Program-made: the position numbers and the translations under genes
In this document: piece after piece, positions 29,312 through 32,000 of the stretch
How positions within the stretch are numbered: position 1 is the stretch's first letter
How the letters are laid out: each line of letters opens with the position of its first letter
Source: Paramicrosporidium saccamoebae KSL3
Lineage: Eukaryota > Fungi > Cryptomycota
Direction: 5' to 3'
Assembly: GCA_002794465.1 (NCBI GenBank)
Contig: MTSL01000200.1
Span: forward strand, 11,063 to 43,062
DNA: 32,000 bases
The notes under the pieces: generated by a model
Told to the model about the DNA's origin: nothing
What the model saw: only the letters and a program-made list of their open reading frames with translations
The model's database searches: none

Positions 29312-30084
29312 TTCAAACTAGATAATTCTCTTCCAATTTCATTCTTCTGGCAAATGTCGCAAAATGGTAATGAATTAGGGGGAGAAGGGTAAATAAATTC
29401 TGGACCAAAGTTGACGTATACTTTTGCGTCTCTGTACAGCGAAAAGGCGGGATAGTATACTCCTCCCGGTAAATCGGAAAATGCAACCCCCATTGATACG
29501 CCATTTTTAAAGAATTCTATAGATCCCCGACTGTGGAGAGTAGTCAGACCACCCGAGGTAGGTGCTTCGCGGGAAATTGTTTCTTGGAAATAGAGTCCTC
29601 GGCAAGAAATCAATCTTTGGTTCTCATGACCGGACAATATCATTGCCTCTTCAGTACTACTGATGGAAGGAAGCCTAATGCAGCAGCCAAGAATATCGTC
29701 TTGTTCAAAAGGCGCCGAGAATGTCTCCCTTTTCCCCATATGGTATCGGTCTCCATTGGAGCACCATGCATATCCAAACTCATCCACACCCACAGGTCCC
29801 AGCATGGTTGCACCTATCCGAATCACACCGAATCGAACATTTGACCCGTCAGGACCGTTCCATTGCAGCTCAAAATACAGGTCACCAGATACAGCACCTT
29901 CACTGGCCAGGACACTGCGGTAGCCCAGCCGACCACCAAAGGCTGCACATCCATCCACCGTAACATCCTGCGCCTTGTCAGTTTGGGAGAGTGTCACTCC
30001 ATTTGTCCTGGCGCGACGATATCGGCCATGAATCCACGGGACAGGCTCTGCCGCACAATAGCGAAAGCCGTGGCTCTGGTGCAT
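29290..30084 (-). CDS. ASH2: COMPASS/Set1C SPRY-domain subunit Ash2/Bre2-like, 264 aa
   Basis: HGFRYC.AEP, TLSQTDKA, GYRSV.AS.G...G..YFE, PVGVDEFGYAW, SIEFFKNGVSMGVAF.DL..GVYYPAFSLY and VNFGPEF.YP. Confidence 0.88.
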   Translation of the reverse strand: MHQSHGFRYCAAEPVPWIHGRYRRARTNGVTLSQTDKAQDVTVDGCAAFGGRLGYRSVLASEGAVSGDLYFELQWNGPDGSNVRFGVIRIGATMLGPVGVDEFGYAWCSNGDRYHMGKRETFSAPFEQDDILGCCIRLPSISSTEEAMILSGHENQRLISCRGLYFQETISREAPTSGGLTTLHSRGSIEFFKNGVSMGVAFSDLPGGVYYPAFSLYRDAKVYVNFGPEFIYPSPPNSLPFCDICQKNEIGRELSSLKDFLLSR

Positions 30085-30093
30085 GGAATAAAT

Positions 30094-30536
30094 TTATTGA
30101 CGATTCTTTAAAAACTCTGACAGGAACGGCGAGGTCTGCGGCAGACTGGCCACTGTTGGCGGTCGTATTAATGGATCATCCGCTTTCATCTGTCGCTCCC
30201 ATTCACCCTCAAAATATCGCATCACATGCGTTTTTTGTTTCCACTTGTTGTGTGTCTCTATTAGTTCCTGTGTGCCCTTTAGAGTCACAATATTAAGGAC
30301 TGACAGGTCAGTGATATGACGGTAACGCTCAAATTCAGCCCGCACACGCGCTCGTCCCTCAGCCAGCGATATTTCCAGCGGATATTTCGTTATGCACCGC
30401 GGCACCTATGGTCAGCGCACCTATGCTATGGCGATACTTCGCGGAGCCACTCACGATAGAGAACCAATGCGCGAGCTCGAGCAGACTCGACTGTTGCAGC
30501 CGGATTGGTGTTGGGAAAGATTCTTCGAAATGTCAT
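30094..30536 (-). CDS. NDUFA6: NADH:ubiquinone oxidoreductase subunit NDUFA6/B14 (LYR family), 136 aa. Exons 30536-30438 and 30405-30094; intron 32 nt
   Basis: RALVLYREWLRE|VP, RARVRAEFERYRHITD, KGTQELIETHNKWKQKTHVMRYF. Confidence 0.94.
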
Positions 30537-30657
30537 TGGTGTCTCCGACAGACACTGAACCTTTTCTATTGGAGACGGGACTCACCAATCATAATGACTC
30601 CTGGGCGGCACCAATACTAATGGAGGCTAGACGAGAGGGTTCGGATAGGATTGCGTG

Positions 30658-32000
30658 ATGAGGTGGAAACTCATCTTTGTGGACCTGCTATTACTTCTCA
30701 GGATGGCCGGGTCCGCCTCCACTGAATGGACGGAAGTTGACGTAATCGAGGATCAGAGAGAACTGATCCGAAACCACACACCTCCATCAAAGTTGCGACT
30801 ATTTGCGAATCCTGAGAATTTTGAGCATCACACTCCAGTGCTGTTTGAGCTAATCCGCGTAGATCAGCTCGAGGCGCTGATTAAATACGTACGCAGTAAG
30901 GAATGGCTCAACAACTTTGTCGAGTGTCTCACCGACGACGATATAAAGGCCATTCTTGCCGGTCACCAGGAGCAGAAATTGGAGGTATCCATTCCCCTGT
31001 TCAACTTGTTGCCGATTAATAAGCTGGAGTTGTTTGATGCGGATCATTTTAGAATCTTGGATGAGGCGACTAGGATCGGGAAAATGGAACTATTTGATCG
31101 GCGAAGGTTGTACGATATGCCGCTGGCTTGGCAAAAGCACATGGCACCAAAGCTACCCTCTACGCTTCAGCCGTTTTTGAAACTTGAAATACTGCAGGAA
31201 TTGATTCAAAATGGCCGATGTGATCTGCTGGGAGCAAGCGTTCTTAACCGGCTTCCACCCTCGCTGAGCCCTTTGATGACTGGCGATTGCGTGGGAAGTC
31301 TCCAGAACGACACCAACGAGGTCATTGTCAGCAAAGAGAATCTGGAATTAATGCCAGATGATGCATTTCGAAGAATCAAAGCAGGGCTCCTCTCACCGGC
31401 TACCTATAAACATATGAGTCGGACTGAATTGGCCCTCCATCTGCAAACCGCTGAGCCTACCGAGGACCAATTGCTAGCTGTCCCCCCAAAGCTATTGATA
31501 GAAGCATTAGTGCTCGTCACTGGAAATGCTGCTTCGGCGGCCCGAGTTTCTCCAAGACTATTAGCATCGTGTCCGGTATCGGCAGTGCATGCATTCGGAC
31601 ATATATTCTGGGAACACGCAGATCCAAAAAAGAGTTGGACCCTCACCGTGGGACAGTTGGAGAGGCTGCCAGAAAACGCATTCGCATCGGCAGAGCCGAC
31701 GATTTTGCGTAGGCTGACAATTCTCAACGGCGGACGGTTAAATAGCAACAAGATTAAAACGATTGTTGCTCGAATGGGAACTGTGGCCAGAGAGGACGGG
31801 AAGCATCCGTGCATGTATCCGGCCGGCCTTCTCCACGCCATTAGTCCTACTTTGACGGAGAACTTAAAGGCAAAATGCGTAGCTGCCATGGAGCCGGTTG
31901 CTATGACAAGTTTTACGCAATCCGCCCATCTTAATCATCTCAGCGCAAAAGCAGTGTCGTCCCTCAAGGCTGAACATATCGCACTGATTCCAAAAACGGC
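30658..32000 (+). CDS. Predicted secreted orphan protein, at least 447 aa, running off the window; Leu-rich degenerate helical repeats
   Basis: Manual translation gives an open frame from ATG 30658 to the window end (MRWKLIFVDLLLLLRMAGSASTEW...). It is missing from the ORF track because there is no stop. The N-terminus is signal-peptide-like. Confidence 0.8.
   Translation, partial: MRWKLIFVDLLLLLRMAGSASTEWTEVDVIEDQRELIRNHTPPSKLRLFANPENFEHHTPVLFELIRVDQLEALIKYVRSKEWLNNFVECLTDDDIKAILAGHQEQKLEVSIPLFNLLPINKLELFDADHFRILDEATRIGKMELFDRRRLYDMPLAWQKHMAPKLPSTLQPFLKLEILQELIQNGRCDLLGASVLNRLPPSLSPLMTGDCVGSLQNDTNEVIVSKENLELMPDDAFRRIKAGLLSPATYKHMSRTELALHLQTAEPTEDQLLAVPPKLLIEALVLVTGNAASAARVSPRLLASCPVSAVHAFGHIFWEHADPKKSWTLTVGQLERLPENAFASAEPTILRRLTILNGGRLNSNKIKTIVARMGTVAREDGKHPCMYPAGLLHAISPTLTENLKAKCVAAMEPVAMTSFTQSAHLNHLSAKAVSSLKAEHIALIPKT

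Noticed and set aside
30402-30425. Duplicated cataggtgc in the NDUFA6 intron, creating an alternative acceptor 15 nt upstream
   Set aside because: It would give a 17-nt intron, well below the observed minimum of 28, followed by GTG CGC TGA (stop); probably just a slippage duplication.
1-32000. tRNA, rRNA and transposase genes
   Set aside because: GTTCGA-like hits (16335, 21347, 22777) fall in CDS or intron without a cloverleaf; no rRNA motifs or DDE/RT ORFs were seen.

Overview
This is eukaryotic nuclear DNA from an extremely compact genome. I count 21 protein-coding genes, spacers as short as 9-48 nt, and 20 GT-AG introns that are all 28-36 nt. I found no rRNA, tRNA, CRISPR array or transposase. 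Tiny introns, a fungal ChAPs/exomer gene, EI24 and CCDC6-like genes, and a retained complex I subunit (NDUFA6) suggest an early-diverging fungal relative, probably Rozellomycota and Paramicrosporidium-like. That placement is inference, not a database match. Most genes are housekeeping: PDS5, DNAJB12-type J protein, PAB1, mitochondrial uL15, Vps68, HIR1, ChAPs, TFC4, TAM41, CCDC6-like, mitochondrial LeuRS, EI24, DES1, LIN1, MPDU1, HOM3, ASH2/BRE2 and NDUFA6. Best leads: (1) a dispersed ~53-nt non-coding element in two near-complete copies 17 kb apart plus a partial third copy; (2) a predicted secreted protein with 29-aa giant-virus-style ankyrin-like repeats and a second secreted orphan, both candidate effectors; (3) a mitochondrial LeuRS with a collapsed CP1 editing domain and no C-terminal domain; (4) a narrow-length, TAG-terminated micro-intron system; (5) many independent degenerate tandem duplications, one apparently seeded from a gene's last codons. 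All exon coordinates were derived by hand.
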